A stretch of DNA of 47,908 bases from Octopus bimaculoides (GCF_001194135.2 NC_069005.1:23509799-23557706), one strand, 5' to 3'. Numbered from the stretch's first letter, positions 35,836-47,379 are shown. The notes: generated from the letters alone by a model not told the origin. Made by a program: numbers and translations.

Positions 35836-37168
35836 ATGTGTGTGTGTGTGTGTTTTGACCTTGTTTATGTGTTCAGTGTAAAATAATGCCATCACTTAGG
35901 CAGTGGCATTGATGGTAAAAATACGTCTAATCGTTGAGTATTTTGTTGAATGGAACATTAGAGAAATAAATAACTTCTTGAGCAACAAGGGTTGGTGAGA
36001 GGAAGGATGTCTGACTATAGAATATTGCCTCAACAAGTGTCACTGTAAGTGTGTTGGAGAATATGTATATTCTGACAAAAATACCCATGGAAATCCTTTA
36101 AAATATTTTGCTGCTAAACATTTCTAAAATCCTAAATACGTCAGCCAAGTAGTTAGAAAAGCAAAAATGAAAGAAAAAGAAAAATGCCCTTCCCCTGCCT
36201 CAAAGATTGCAGATAGTTCCTGAAAAGTTTTCTGACATTAACAAAGTTTTCTGTGGGCAGTTTTCAAGATAATTATCATTGTTTCAAAAAGAGAAAGACA
36301 ATTAAGAAGATTGGTGAAAGACATTAAATGATAATTTGACATTTCCAAATGAAAACTAATTTCTGTTGCGAACAGAAGTTTCTAGAATAAAGAGAAAAAA
36401 TTTTTTTAAATCACCGAATACATTTTCAGAAAAATTTGAAAATCTAAATAAGAGAAAAAGAAACAAAAAAAAAAAATCCCCAAAAAAACAAGCAAATCCA
36501 AAACAGTCTGGACTGGATTGAAGATTTAATTCTAATCAACCAGATTCCAATTTGGTGGTTGTTGCGTGCATTTTCATCATTATTGCAACGAACATCATAA
36601 TCATCACCATCACCATACTATAACCCGAGAAGAAAAAGCTGCCACCACCGCCACCTTTACGGTTAATATCTTTACTTTCATTGCCATCGTAATAATTGCC
36701 ATAAGCATCATCATCATCATCATAGTCTGCACCTTTCTCAATAGCACCATCACTAACAACAACAGCTTTTTTTTTTATATTTTTGCCACCATCACCTTCT
36801 TTGTCATCCTAATCATGCCACCACCACTATTTTCTAAAGTTCCAATTGGAATGGCATATTTGGCATGGAACTCAATTCTGGATGTAATTACCCTGAGAAG
36901 CTTGTCCTTCAATGCAACCCGCATAGTCAAGTTCTTATGCACCAGCTTCAAACCTCCAGTTAATTAAAACTAAAGCCATTTTGACTATTAGACTGGAACT
37001 ACAGAATTGAAATTTCATTAAGGTAACAACAACAACAACTATTACAGTAACTCCATCATCATCATCATCATTGTCTCTATTTTCACTTTTCTCAACAACA
37101 TCACCATAATTATTATCATCATGACTATTCTTGCATCATCCTCAGTATTTTCACCTTAGTCAATGCTA

Positions 37169-37320
37169 TGAGAGGATGCTGAAAAGTTCCTGGCTTTAAG
37201 GGTATCGTGAAAGGCCTGGTTGGAGGCCCAGCCTTCCGAGTTCTTTTACAGGGCTTAGAAAAACTGAAGGACTGCTGCAATAAATGTGTGAATCTGAGAG
37301 AGGAATACGTTGACTAAAAT
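37169..37320 (+). mobile_element. Internally deleted mariner-derived element (left TIR plus transposase C-terminus)
   Basis: TA|TGAGAGGATGCTGAAAAGTTCC, then GLEKLKDCCNKCVNLREEYVD*, typical of mariner C-termini. The right TIR was not found. Confidence 0.65.
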
Positions 37321-37344
37321 CACAACAGAATTCTCTCTCTTTCT

Positions 37345-37715
37345 TTACTTGTTTCAGTCATTTGACTGCAGCCATGCTGGAGCACCGCCTTTTAGTCGAA
37401 CAAATTGACCCCAGGACTTATTCTTTGTAAGCCTAGTACTTATTCTATCGGTCTCTTTTGCCAAACCGCTAAGTTACGGGGACGCAAACACACCACCATC
37501 GGTTGTCAAGCGATGTTGGGAGGACAAACATATACACACACATACATATATAAATATACATATATACGACGAGCTTCTTTCAGTTTCCATCTACCAAATC
37601 CATTCACAAGGCTTTGGTTGGCCCGAGGCTATAGTAGAAGACACTTGCCCAAGGTGCCATGCAGTGGGAATGAACCCAGAACCATGTGGTTGGTAAGCAA
37701 GCTACTTACCACACA
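37345..37715 (-). mobile_element. Full SINE family A copy
   Basis: Close match to 17040-17435. Confidence 0.85.
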
Positions 37716-37739
37716 GCGACTCATGCAATACAAATAATA

Positions 37740-37985
37740 TGTGAGTATATGCATATATACATACATGTATGTACATACCTACATCTAGATGTATATATAG
37801 ATGTATATCTGGGTACAGGATGTCACAAAAAAACGTGGACAAATATAAAACGAGAACATAAACAAAGCACCAAAAACAAACTATTTTTTGGGACAACGGT
37901 AGGAACACACAGGAAAACAGACAGGCTACATAGAGAACATTTCCTTCATCAGCTGCCCCTATTCTAAACTAAGCGTTTCACACAA
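37740..37985 (-). repeat. Unclassified family F repeat
   Basis: Reverse complement reads gaaacgc...gcagctgatgaagg...catcctgtacccag. Confidence 0.65.
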
Positions 37986-38295
37986 TGGGTTTCTTTCAGC
38001 CCAAGGCTGTAGTAGAAGACACTTACCCACGGTGCGACACAGTAAGACTGAACTCAGAACCATGTGGTTGGGAAGCAAGCTTCTTACCACAACAGCATTA
38101 TTACCAGACTTGAAAAAAAAAATGCTCTGCAGTTGATTTATTCAACTAAACCCCTTCATGATGGTGCTCCAGCATGGCCACAGTCCAGTGACTAAATCAA
38201 GTAAAAGATAAAAGATATGTGTATTTGTGAGTGTGCATGTGTGTATGTATACGTATGTGTGTATATGTGTGTGTATGTGTAGGTATGTATATGGA

Positions 38296-38604
38296 GAAGG
38301 TGCATGGCTTAGTGGTTAGGGTATTCAGCTCACTGTCATAAAGTCGTGAGTTCAATACCCAGCAACACATTGTGTCCTTGAGCAAGACACTTTATTTCAT
38401 GTTGCTCCAGTCCACTCAGCTGGCAAAAATGAGTAGTACTGTATTTCAAAGGGCCGGCCCTGTCACTCTCTGTGTCACACTGAATCTCTCCAAGAACTAC
38501 GTTAAGGGTACACGTGTCAGCCACTTGTACATTAATTTCTTGAGCAGGCTGTTCCATTGATCGGATCAACTGGAAACCTTGTCATCGTAACCCACAGAGT
38601 GGCA
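38296..38604 (+). mobile_element. Full SINE family B copy
   Basis: ggcttagtggttagg A-box-like and gagttcaatacc B-box motifs, ccttgagcaagacac core, cgtaacc...gagtggcag end. Confidence 0.85.
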
Positions 38605-38669
38605 GTTTTATATATATATATATATATATAGATAGATATAGATATACACAGTCATGTATATGTGCATAT

Positions 38670-38718
<49 letters not shown>

Positions 38719-38919
38719 TGTATGTGTGTGTGTACCGCACAACACCTATTTAACAATAGCATGGTGTGTAGGTGACAATTGTAAACTGAGGCATACAATT
38801 ACAACCATCACCAGTTATCAGAAGCAGGTGTCATATCGTAATTGAAAATGAATGAAATTAAAAAGAAAATAGGGAAAAAAAAAACAATCAGTTTTTGTTA
38901 CTACCACCTACTCTGCTTG

Positions 38920-39410
38920 TCACGACGACCACCACCACCACTACTACTACTGATACCACATTCACCAAACAAATATCTTCTCTTAGTATGTACACTAGCT
39001 GTCACAACCTTCATACCATGTTGCCCACCCCACAACTACAACTATCACTACAACTAACATCATACCTTCACCTAGACTGTCATGCACACATCACCACTAT
39101 ACACTACCACACGCTATTACCACATACATATACCGCCACATGCATGCACAATCACCACCACTATCACCATCCACACACACACACACACTATCACCATCAC
39201 CACCACTACAACCATCACATACACACACACACACATACACACACACAATCACCACCATACACACACATGCGCTTACCATTACCACAACACACATACACAA
39301 TCACCATCATCACCACCATACACACACACACACACACACACACACCATCGCCACTACTACCACCACCACCACCACCACCACCACCACCACACGCATGCAC
39401 GCATACACAC
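38920..39410. repeat. (CA)n/(CAC)n degenerate microsatellite tract
   Basis: Directly visible; source of the His/Thr-rich ORFs. Confidence 0.9.
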
Positions 39411-39668
39411 TTACCATCTGATGTCAATAAATAACTCGACACAGCTCACAAAGGTGTGGAACAAAACACCAATTTACAAAGCTAGCCTTAAGATTCAAAT
39501 CAATAACCAATTGGTGTAATGTTCAGATCAATAGTACGATAGGGAGGTGACATAGTGTGGTGCATATTCATTATTGATTATTAATTATTGAGCTTCATAT
39601 AGAAACTGATAAATATCTCATATTGATCTCATAAATATATTGTTATCAACTCACCTTTGATATTTTTA

Positions 39669-39723
<55 letters not shown>

Positions 39724-40380
39724 CATCATTATTAGTATTATCCAGTAATCTTATTTTTATTGCATGTTTTCACTGAACAGCCCAGTGCAGCAGCTCTGTG
39801 CAGCAGCTCTGTGCAGCAGCTCTGTGCACCTTGATTATGTGTAGTGTTTTTGTTTCAGATTTGTATTTTCTACTGCATTGACAATACTCAATGAAATGTG
39901 TGAGGGTCTAGTGGAGCTAGTTTCTGTATGTTGCGTGTATCCCCACCTTCATTTAATATCCATTTTTCCATGCTTTGCATGGACCAGATGGGATTTGTTA
40001 AGGAAGATTTTCGACGGCTGGATGCTCTTCCTGCCATCGACTCTTGTGTGTTTCCAAGCAAAGTAATATTTTCACATGGTTTACACACGTTTTTTTATGG
40101 AAGACTGGAAATGAACAATGTCACTTGTATGACTTGTATGACAGCAATGCTCATTTGTAATCATCACATGATGTCACAACAAAGGCACAGACACAGACAC
40201 ACACATACATACGTACCTACATACAATGAGCCTCTTTCAGTTTTTGTTTACCAAATCCACTTAGGGTTGTCCTGAGGCTATAGAAAAAGACACTTGTTTT
40301 AAGATGCAGTGCAGTGGGACTGCACACATGATCATATGGTTGGGAAGCAAGTTTGTTAACCTCACGACCATGATTGTGTA

Positions 40381-40540
40381 TCATCATCATCGTTTAACGT
40401 CCACTTTCCATGCTAGCATGGGTTGGACGATTTGACTGAGGACTGGTGAACCAGATGGCTACACCAGGCTCCAATCTGATTTGGCAGAGTTTCTACGGCT
40501 GGATGCCCTTCCTAACACCAACCACTCTGAGAGTGTAGTG
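40381..40540 (-). mobile_element. RTE-type 3' UTR fragment
   Basis: Close match to 7331-7500. Confidence 0.8.
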
Positions 40541-41110
40541 CCTGAGATATTGTACACCATATGTGTACAATTTCAATGAAAGATAATTTCTGTATATGTG
40601 TGTGGGTTCTGTGATTTTGTCTCTGCTATCAGATTGACAACTTCTTTTTGTCTTTTTTAACAATTCCCAACATGTCTATTATCTTATCGATGATTTTGTT
40701 TTCATCTTTTCATCCTTTTGAGGTCAATAAAATGAAGTACCAGTTTGTTACTGTGGCTAATGTAATTGACAAACTTCCTAACCTTAAAATTAGTGGCCAA
40801 AATTTGAAACCGGTATTATTATTGAGTGAGAGAGCAGCACATGCCATAAAAATCACACTAGGGTACAAATATAGAAAGCCCAATATAATCCTGATGACTA
40901 CTTGTCTGATAAGAATACATCAGGCACATGCATCACAACCATATGTGCATGACACGGTGATCTCATATTCAGATAAACAGCGCATGACCTTGCAGGTGGG
41001 GCCCAGTTAGAATTTTCTTTGGGTTGAGTAGTCTATCCTGCACAAAAGCTCCCTGAATAAGGGTTGTTTAAGGATGATGTCAGTGGATTGGCAGAATTGT
41101 TAGGGTCCAT

Positions 41111-41353
41111 ATATACATTAAGGCGGCGAGCTGGCAGAATCGTTAAGCATGCCGGGCGAAATGCTTAGCGGTATTTCGTCTGCCGTTACGTTCTGAGTTC
41201 AAATTCCGCCGAAGCCGACTTTGCTTTTCATCCTTTTGGGGTCGATAAATTAAGTACCAGTTACGCACTGTGGTCGATGCAATCGACTTAATACCATTGT
41301 CTGTCCTTGTTTGTCCCCTCTATGTTTAGCCCCTTGTGGGCAGTAAAGAAATA
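41111..41353 (+). mobile_element. Full-length SINE family C with a perfect 18-nt TSD
   Basis: agaattgttagggtccat at 41093-41110 and 41354-41371. Confidence 0.9.
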
Positions 41354-41371
41354 AGAATTGTTAGGGTCCAT

Positions 41372-41640
41372 CAATCCATCCATTTTCTTCTCCACCCTCT
41401 ATTCCAGGGACAGTCATGGGGGGTAACATTCTCAAGCACCTCCTCCATAGGGTCTTATCAGAAACAACTGTTGTGAGACTCTCCAGTTGGATTCTCGAGC
41501 AGAATCAACTGAAACTATGGATATTATCCAATAATCTCACTCTTGGTCTCCTGCCAGTCGGCTTGGTTTTGAAGAATTTGTATTGTGGTGTTTTTCCTCT
41601 GATGTTCAAATCCCATGACAATACTACTGGAGCTGTGACC
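41372..41640 (-). mobile_element. RTE-clade (Expander/REX3-like) LINE 3' end
   Basis: KPTGRRPRVRLLDNI...VVSDKTLWRRCLRMLPP...EENGWIDG with a tggatgga tail. Confidence 0.7.
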
Positions 41641-41996
41641 ACTGAATACAGAGAAATATTGAGGAAGGAATTGTTAGGATGCCAGACAAAAAAATCCTTA
41701 TGGTATGTTTTTGTCCTTTTATATTCTGAATTTAAATCTTGTTAAGATTTACTTTGCTTGTCAGGTTTTTTAAAAAAAAATGTTTTTGGCTGTAAGTCAA
41801 TAAAATAAGTATCAGTGAACTTGCCAACCTCTCCAAAATATTATCAGCTATGTCAAGTCAATAATAAAATTCATTATTAATGAGATTTTAATACTATGAA
41901 CAATTCTCCTCAATTTTATAATGTATATGTAAACAGTAATACGAGTATTGCAAATATATACACTACAGATGAGATGAATATATGTGTATGTGTGTG

Positions 41997-42033
<37 letters not shown>

Positions 42034-42188
42034 TATGTATGTATACAGTCTTTTGGCCTGCCCTCTTGTGAGTTGCAGCCTTTCCATGCTGTCAGTGACC
42101 AGAAAAGCTGCAACTCACAAGAGGGCAGGCCAAAAGACTGAAAAGAATACTAATGATAAACACAAAGAAGAAAGTCTATACATATATA

Positions 42189-43046
42189 CAGGGTACAATG
42201 GGTAAATTGTCACCATTATATATATCTAATTTCATGCATGTGCATTGACTGTTTTTGATTTTGTTGACTACACAGTATAGTAGGGTCAGTTGGGTATTGT
42301 CTGTGAGCAAAACAGCACCATGATGCAATTCACTCTGCCAGAAATTTGGAAATGACATACTGCACTGCTTGGCATTTGTGCTAGAAGCTTCAATACGAAC
42401 ATTTCAGAGTGTTTGGGTATACTGAGAGTGAAAAAAATCAAACGTCCAGTCAACATCATGCTGTTTGGAGTAATTACTAGTGATGGCAACGTTATGCCTC
42501 CATTCATCTTCCCACATGGCCTCAGACTCAACATGGAGGCCTACATCACATGCCTGAAGGAGGTAGTGCTGCCCTTGATCAAGAGGGTGACTGCTAGAAG
42601 ACCCAATGTCTGGCAACAAGACTCTGCACCATCCCACACAAGCAGGAGAATCTAGTCATGGCTGTCAGACAATTTCTGCGACCACATCACCCCTAACATC
42701 TGACCACCTAACTCCTCAAACTGCAACCCCACTTGATTATTATGTGTGGGGTGCAGTTGAGGGTGAGACCAACAAAACTCTTTGTAATACCAAAGATGAA
42801 CTGAAGGCAAGGATTATGGCAGCATTCACCAACTTAAACAAGGAGACCATCCAGAAGAGTTGCTGGAGATTCCGAAGTTGTCTGGAGTCTGTAGTTGACG
42901 CGAATGGTGATTCTATTGAATAAATTTACTCTTTAGTATTTCAAGATACTTTTATGTAATTTTGGTAAATATATCTGTTAAAATGAGATGTCAGTGTTAT
43001 TTTCCTTTTTGTGTAATTTAGACAACAGTTTATTCACCGTCGCCTG
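42189..43046 (+). mobile_element. maT-family (DD37D) transposon, internally deleted pseudogene
   Basis: TA|CAGGG...CCTG|TA ends. QQDSAP to NPLDYYVW spacing is 37 residues after correcting one frameshift and two stops; the first catalytic D region is missing. Confidence 0.85.
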
Positions 43047-43059
43047 TATATATACATAT

Positions 43060-43210
43060 TTAAGAGATGAGGAATTATTTACATTTGATGGATATGTGTC
43101 CTCATTTTGTTTGTTGTTAACACGTTTCGGCTGATATACCCTCCAGCCTTCTTCAGGTGTCTTGGGGAAATTTCGAACCTAGATTCTCATTCCTAAGGTA
43201 TTTTTTGATG
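43060..43210 (-). mobile_element. Penelope-like pseudo-LTR fragment with a hammerhead-type core
   Basis: Minus strand GACAC-CTGAAGA-A-GGCTG(gagggtatat)CAGCC-GAAAC-GTGTT, adjacent to (AAT)n. Confidence 0.6.
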
Positions 43211-43213
43211 TTG

Positions 43214-43263
<50 letters not shown>

Positions 43264-43669
43264 GTTGTTGTTGTTGTTGTTGTTATTCCCACGGGCACAT
43301 GNNNNNNNNNNNNNNNNNNNNNNNNNNNNNNNNNNNNNNNNNNNNNNNNNNNNNNNNNNNNNNNNNNNNNNNNNNNNNNNNNNNNNNNNNNNNNNNNNNN
43401 NNNNNNNNNNNNNNNNNNNNNNNNNNNNNNNNNNNNNNNNNNNNNNNNNNNNNNNNNNNNNNNNNNNNNNNNNNNNNNNNNNNNNNNNNNNNNNNNNNNN
43501 NNNNNNNNNNNNNNNNNNNNNNNNNNNNNNNNNNNNNNNNNNNNNNNNNNNNNNNNNNNNNNNNNNNNNNNNNNNNNNNNNNNNNNNNNNNNNNNNNNNN
43601 NNNNNNNNNNNNNNNNNNNNNNNNNNNNNNNNNNNNNNNNNNNNNTACACACACACACACACACGCATA

Positions 43670-43810
43670 GATTTGGCATTAGGAAGAGCATCCAGCCATA
43701 GAAACCATGACAAAACAGATATAGAGCAGAGCAGTTCTCTAGCAGGCCAACTCCTGTCAAACCATCTAACCCATGCCAGCATGGAAAAAAGACATTAAAT
43801 GATGATGATG
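43670..43810 (+). mobile_element. RTE-type 3' UTR fragment
   Basis: ggcattaggaagagcatccagccatagaaacc...gacattaaatgatgatgat. Confidence 0.75.
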
Positions 43811-44039
43811 TTGATCAGACATGTGTGTGTGTATGTGTGTGTGTATGTGTGTGTGTATGTATGTGTGTGTGTGTGTGTGAGAGAGAGCGAAAACCACAAC
43901 CATCACCCACAAGCAAGTACAACCTGGTGGATTTTATCATGCTTTTTTTAATTGTTTTAGGTACCTAAGTAGTTACTAGTGGACATAGACAGCCTTTCAG
44001 TCCTCCCATCCTTTGACCCTGAGGAACATCAAGGACATG

Positions 44040-44207
44040 ACAGCTGCTGCACCAGCACTTGGCTGGTATTCATTTTCAGTGGAGCAGACTGGAACAATAT
44101 GAAATGATAAGCCTTGTTCAAGGACAAAACACAATGCTCAGTACAGGAATTGAACCCATAACTTCATGATTGAGCCCAACACCCTAACTACTAGATCATG
44201 CACCTTC
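44040..44207 (-). mobile_element. SINE family B copy (degenerate)
   Basis: gccttgttcaaggaca...ggaattgaaccc...ccctaactact. Confidence 0.65.
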
Positions 44208-44369
44208 AAACACACATACACAATTGATCAATCCCATCTCTTCTTGTAAAATGTCAGTAGTCATGTAGCTTCTCTACAGCAAGAAACCTGTTCTGCTCTG
44301 GCCCCTTCTCTCATACATTTGTTTCTCATCTTCAAGCATAAAGTTACCCCACTACCAGAGTTTGTAGTC

Positions 44370-44585
44370 TTGCAAGCTGCATGATGGCCTCACTAATGCT
44401 GGTGGTATGAAAAAAGTACCCTGTACACAGTGTAAAGTGGTTGGTGTTAGGAAGAGTGTCCAATCATAGAAGCCATGCCAAAAGCTGACTTTGGAGAATG
44501 TTGCAGTCCATAGGACCATCAGATCCTGTTAAGCCATCCAACTCATGCCAGCATAGAACATGAATGTTAAATGATGATGATGATT
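44370..44585 (+). mobile_element. RTE-type 3' UTR fragment
   Basis: gtggttggtgttaggaagagtgtcc...gttaaatgatgatg. Confidence 0.7.
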
Positions 44586-45199
44586 GAATTAGCATGTGAA
44601 GCGGCTATTTCACAGGCATGTGTATCCTTAACATAATTCTCAAGTAGAACCAGTGTAATGCAGTGAGACAAAGATGAACCATTGAATTATAGGTACATCT
44701 AGCAATGAGTTCAGTAATGAACTTAGCGTTCAGGTAGGAGTTCATCAAAGCTCTGTCCTCAGCTCACTTCTCTTCATTATAGCCAAGCAATAACAGAAGA
44801 TTTGTTAAACCAGTTGTCTAGCGCTATAGTGAAAGATTAAGATACTGTGAAGTGGGATTGAACCTGAAACCATGTGGTTGTAAAGTGAGCTTCTTAGTCA
44901 CACAACCATGCCTGTGTTTATGCTCTATACAGTTTCCATCAAGTCAGTTTCATTCACAAAGCATTTGTGAATGAAACAATTCTGAAGCCTTAGTGAAGGC
45001 ACTCAGCCAGGATGCTATGAGGTGGGATCAAACCTGAGATCTCAATGATTCCAAAACAAACTGTTTAACCACTTGGCCACAACTGTAGTAACATTGCAGA
45101 ACTGTATGCTATTTGACATTACCAAATGAATCCTCCCTTGTTGATGTTGTTTAGCCATAGGTCAGTCATGATTCAACAGACTAATGAAGCACAAGCCTG

Positions 45200-45430
45200 A
45201 GACAATACAAAGTGGCGGTGTTCCATCACCATTGGAACCAAAAACTTTGAAGAAAAGGAAGAAATCATACGACAGGAGAGAAAGGCTCAACAAAATCAAC
45301 TTCATCCTCCACTAACATTGCCATAAAGCCAATGCCATCAACTCTTCTATGCAAGAATTGGTCTACAGTGCCATCAATGGCATCACCATAAAGGAATTCT
45401 TGGATATGAGACAAAACCAACAGCAACAAT
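45200..45430 (+). mobile_element. RTE (BovB-like) ORF C-terminal fragment
   Basis: KWRCSITIGTKNFEE...QCHQLFYARIGLQCHQWHH resembles the C..C...ARIGL.SH.R.H terminus of RTE ORFs. Confidence 0.6.
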
Positions 45431-45681
45431 GATCAAACACATGTCTATCTGATCAGTTTGATCTTTTATTCAGCCACTGAATATCAAGGACTACATTAGC
45501 AAATGTATGTTCTAGTTTTGCAAGACTGTAGGCTGTGATTTAAGGAAGTGTTGTCTCTGTAGTTCTTCTTTTGAAAAAAAAAAAAACATGAAAAAAATTA
45601 TTTAATGATAAAATCTTTAAGAGATTTTATATGATTATTAAGAGCATATGAAAGATCATTAAATAACAATGGGTAACTTAC

Positions 45682-45795
45682 AGCTACTGTGCTAATTCCA
45701 ATGTGGCTGCGTGGAATTTTCAATATTTGTGAGAATGCGTTCCTTAATGATTTCAGAAGTGTGTAGTTATGATTCAATGCTGGGTTGTTAGAGCC
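45682..45795 (-). CDS. Ectodomain exon (GSNNPALNHNYTLLKSLRNAFSQILKIPRSHIGISTVA), first half of an SEA-like module
   Basis: Acceptor ttttctcatttgaatctatttccag|GGC and donor GCT|gtaagt. 114 nt, phase 0/0, unique sequence, N-Y-T sequon. Confidence 0.75.
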
Positions 45796-46045
45796 CTGGA
45801 AATAGATTCAAATGAGAAAATAAATATATACATCAACATGGACACGATTCAATGGTTGAAATCAGAAAACAGTAAAAGAACATCTTCCATACATACAAGT
45901 TGGCAGAATCATTAGCATGCTGGGCAAAATTCTTTGTGGCATCTCATCTGTCTTAATGATTTAGGAGCAGGCATGGCTGTGTGGTAAAAAGCTTGCTTCC
46001 CAATCACATGGTTCCGGGTTTAGTCCCATTCTGTGGCACCTTGGA

Positions 46046-46315
46046 CAATATCACAGGCCCGCTTGTGAAATTAATGTGCAAGTGGCTGAGCACTCTAATG
46101 AAATGTGTACCCTTAACATAGTTCTTGGGGGAGATTCAGTGTGACAAGGCTGGCTCTTTGAATTACAGATACAACTCGTTTTTGCCAGCCAAGTGAAGCA
46201 GAGCAAGGTGAAATGAAGTGTCTTGCTCAAGGATACAATGTACTGCCAGGAATCGAACTCATGGCCTTATGATCATGAGCTGAATACCCTAACCACTTAG
46301 CTACATGCCTCCATT
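46046..46315 (-). mobile_element. SINE family B copy (preceded by a SINE A head at 45968-46045)
   Basis: gtgtcttgctcaagg...ggaatcgaactc...ctaaccacttagc. Confidence 0.8.
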
Positions 46316-46586
46316 GTGTGTACGTATGTACAGGCATATGTGACACTATAGGTGACACTATAGGTAACACTATAGGTATGCATGTTACTACATATGTGAG
46401 TCTGTATGTCTCGACTTTATATATGGTGTATATAAAGTGTGTGTGTGTATGTGTGTGTGTGTATGTATGTAAGTGAGTGTATGTACATGTATACAAATGA
46501 ATCTGTATAGGTATGCATATCCCTTACATGCGGTGGGGGTGAGTCTGTATCTTTTGACTTATGTAGGTGTACATGCTTGTATTTCC

Positions 46587-46673
<87 letters not shown>

Positions 46674-46684
46674 CACACAGACTT

Positions 46685-46848
46685 TATTTTTGAATATTCT
46701 TAAATTACCAAAAATTGCTTCTAGCAATAATTTCCTAATTAGCCTTGTCTTTTCTGGCTTTATGAAGTCCACTTTCACAACATTGGCGTTGAGACAATTA
46801 GTTACACAATCAAGAGCTTCAATAATTATAGGAATAAGTGGAGTTCCA
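46685..46848 (-). mobile_element. R4/Dong-type C-terminal fragment between (TA)n runs
   Basis: [16 protein letters not shown]...[18 protein letters not shown] resembles the IPIIIGALG...LQK.A..GT..I.K terminus. Confidence 0.55.
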
Positions 46849-47132
46849 TATATATATATATTTTATTTTTTTTACTAATCTTCAATATTATGTTGACATC
46901 CAGTGGGGAATTAATTGCTGCAAATGAACACAATTTTCTTCCTCATTTCTGATCATTATATGTATATATATTCTTTTATTTTTTTACTTGTTTCAGTCGT
47001 TTGACTGTGGCCATGCTGGAGCACCGCCTTTAGATATTTATCAAATTCAAAGAAGTTATCATTATAAAAATAATGATAAAGTGGCCAGCAAACATAATTC
47101 AAATACGCAAAATATATAATAAGATGTCAGGG

Positions 47133-47379
47133 TACAATAGGTACCTGTTTGCTTGAAAGAGGAGTTAAAATCCGCCAAAACCATGCATCTGTCACTATAT
47201 TTAAACATGCACGGAAAATATAGCAAACATATTTCTCTGAAATAGTCCTCCCACTTGTAAGACACATTTAGTATAATACAAATAAGAACATAAACAGTCG
47301 TGGGTGTTTAAATATAGTGAGAGATGCGTGGTTGTGGAGGGTTTTAACTCCTCATTCAAGCAAACTGGTACATATTGTA
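47133..47379. repeat. Foldback inverted repeat (75-nt arms, 97-nt spacer)
   Basis: 47305-47379 aligns to the reverse complement of 47133-47207 (tgtttaaatatagtga, ttttaactcctc and ttcaagcaaac are shared). Confidence 0.8.

Noticed and set aside
36790-37010. Short open frames on both strands in unique-looking DNA
   Set aside because: No consistent acceptor/donor pair and no recognisable motif.
38296-38370. tRNA-like heads of SINE A, B and C as tRNA genes
   Set aside because: A/B boxes are present, but there is no complete cloverleaf and they continue into SINE bodies.
12312-39519. Poly-H/T/Y/I/M/S ORFs (12584-13146, 16279-16629, 17337-17919, 38895-39519)
   Set aside because: Translations of trinucleotide and dinucleotide microsatellites, with no splice or homology support.
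39786-39828. 13-nt unit gtgcagcagctct x3
   Set aside because: Simple local slippage; no further structure.
795-43798. Long ORFs in the track containing X runs (e.g. 5515-6558, 24143-25291, 30474-31154, 43157-43798)
   Set aside because: They are open only because they cross N gaps and microsatellites.
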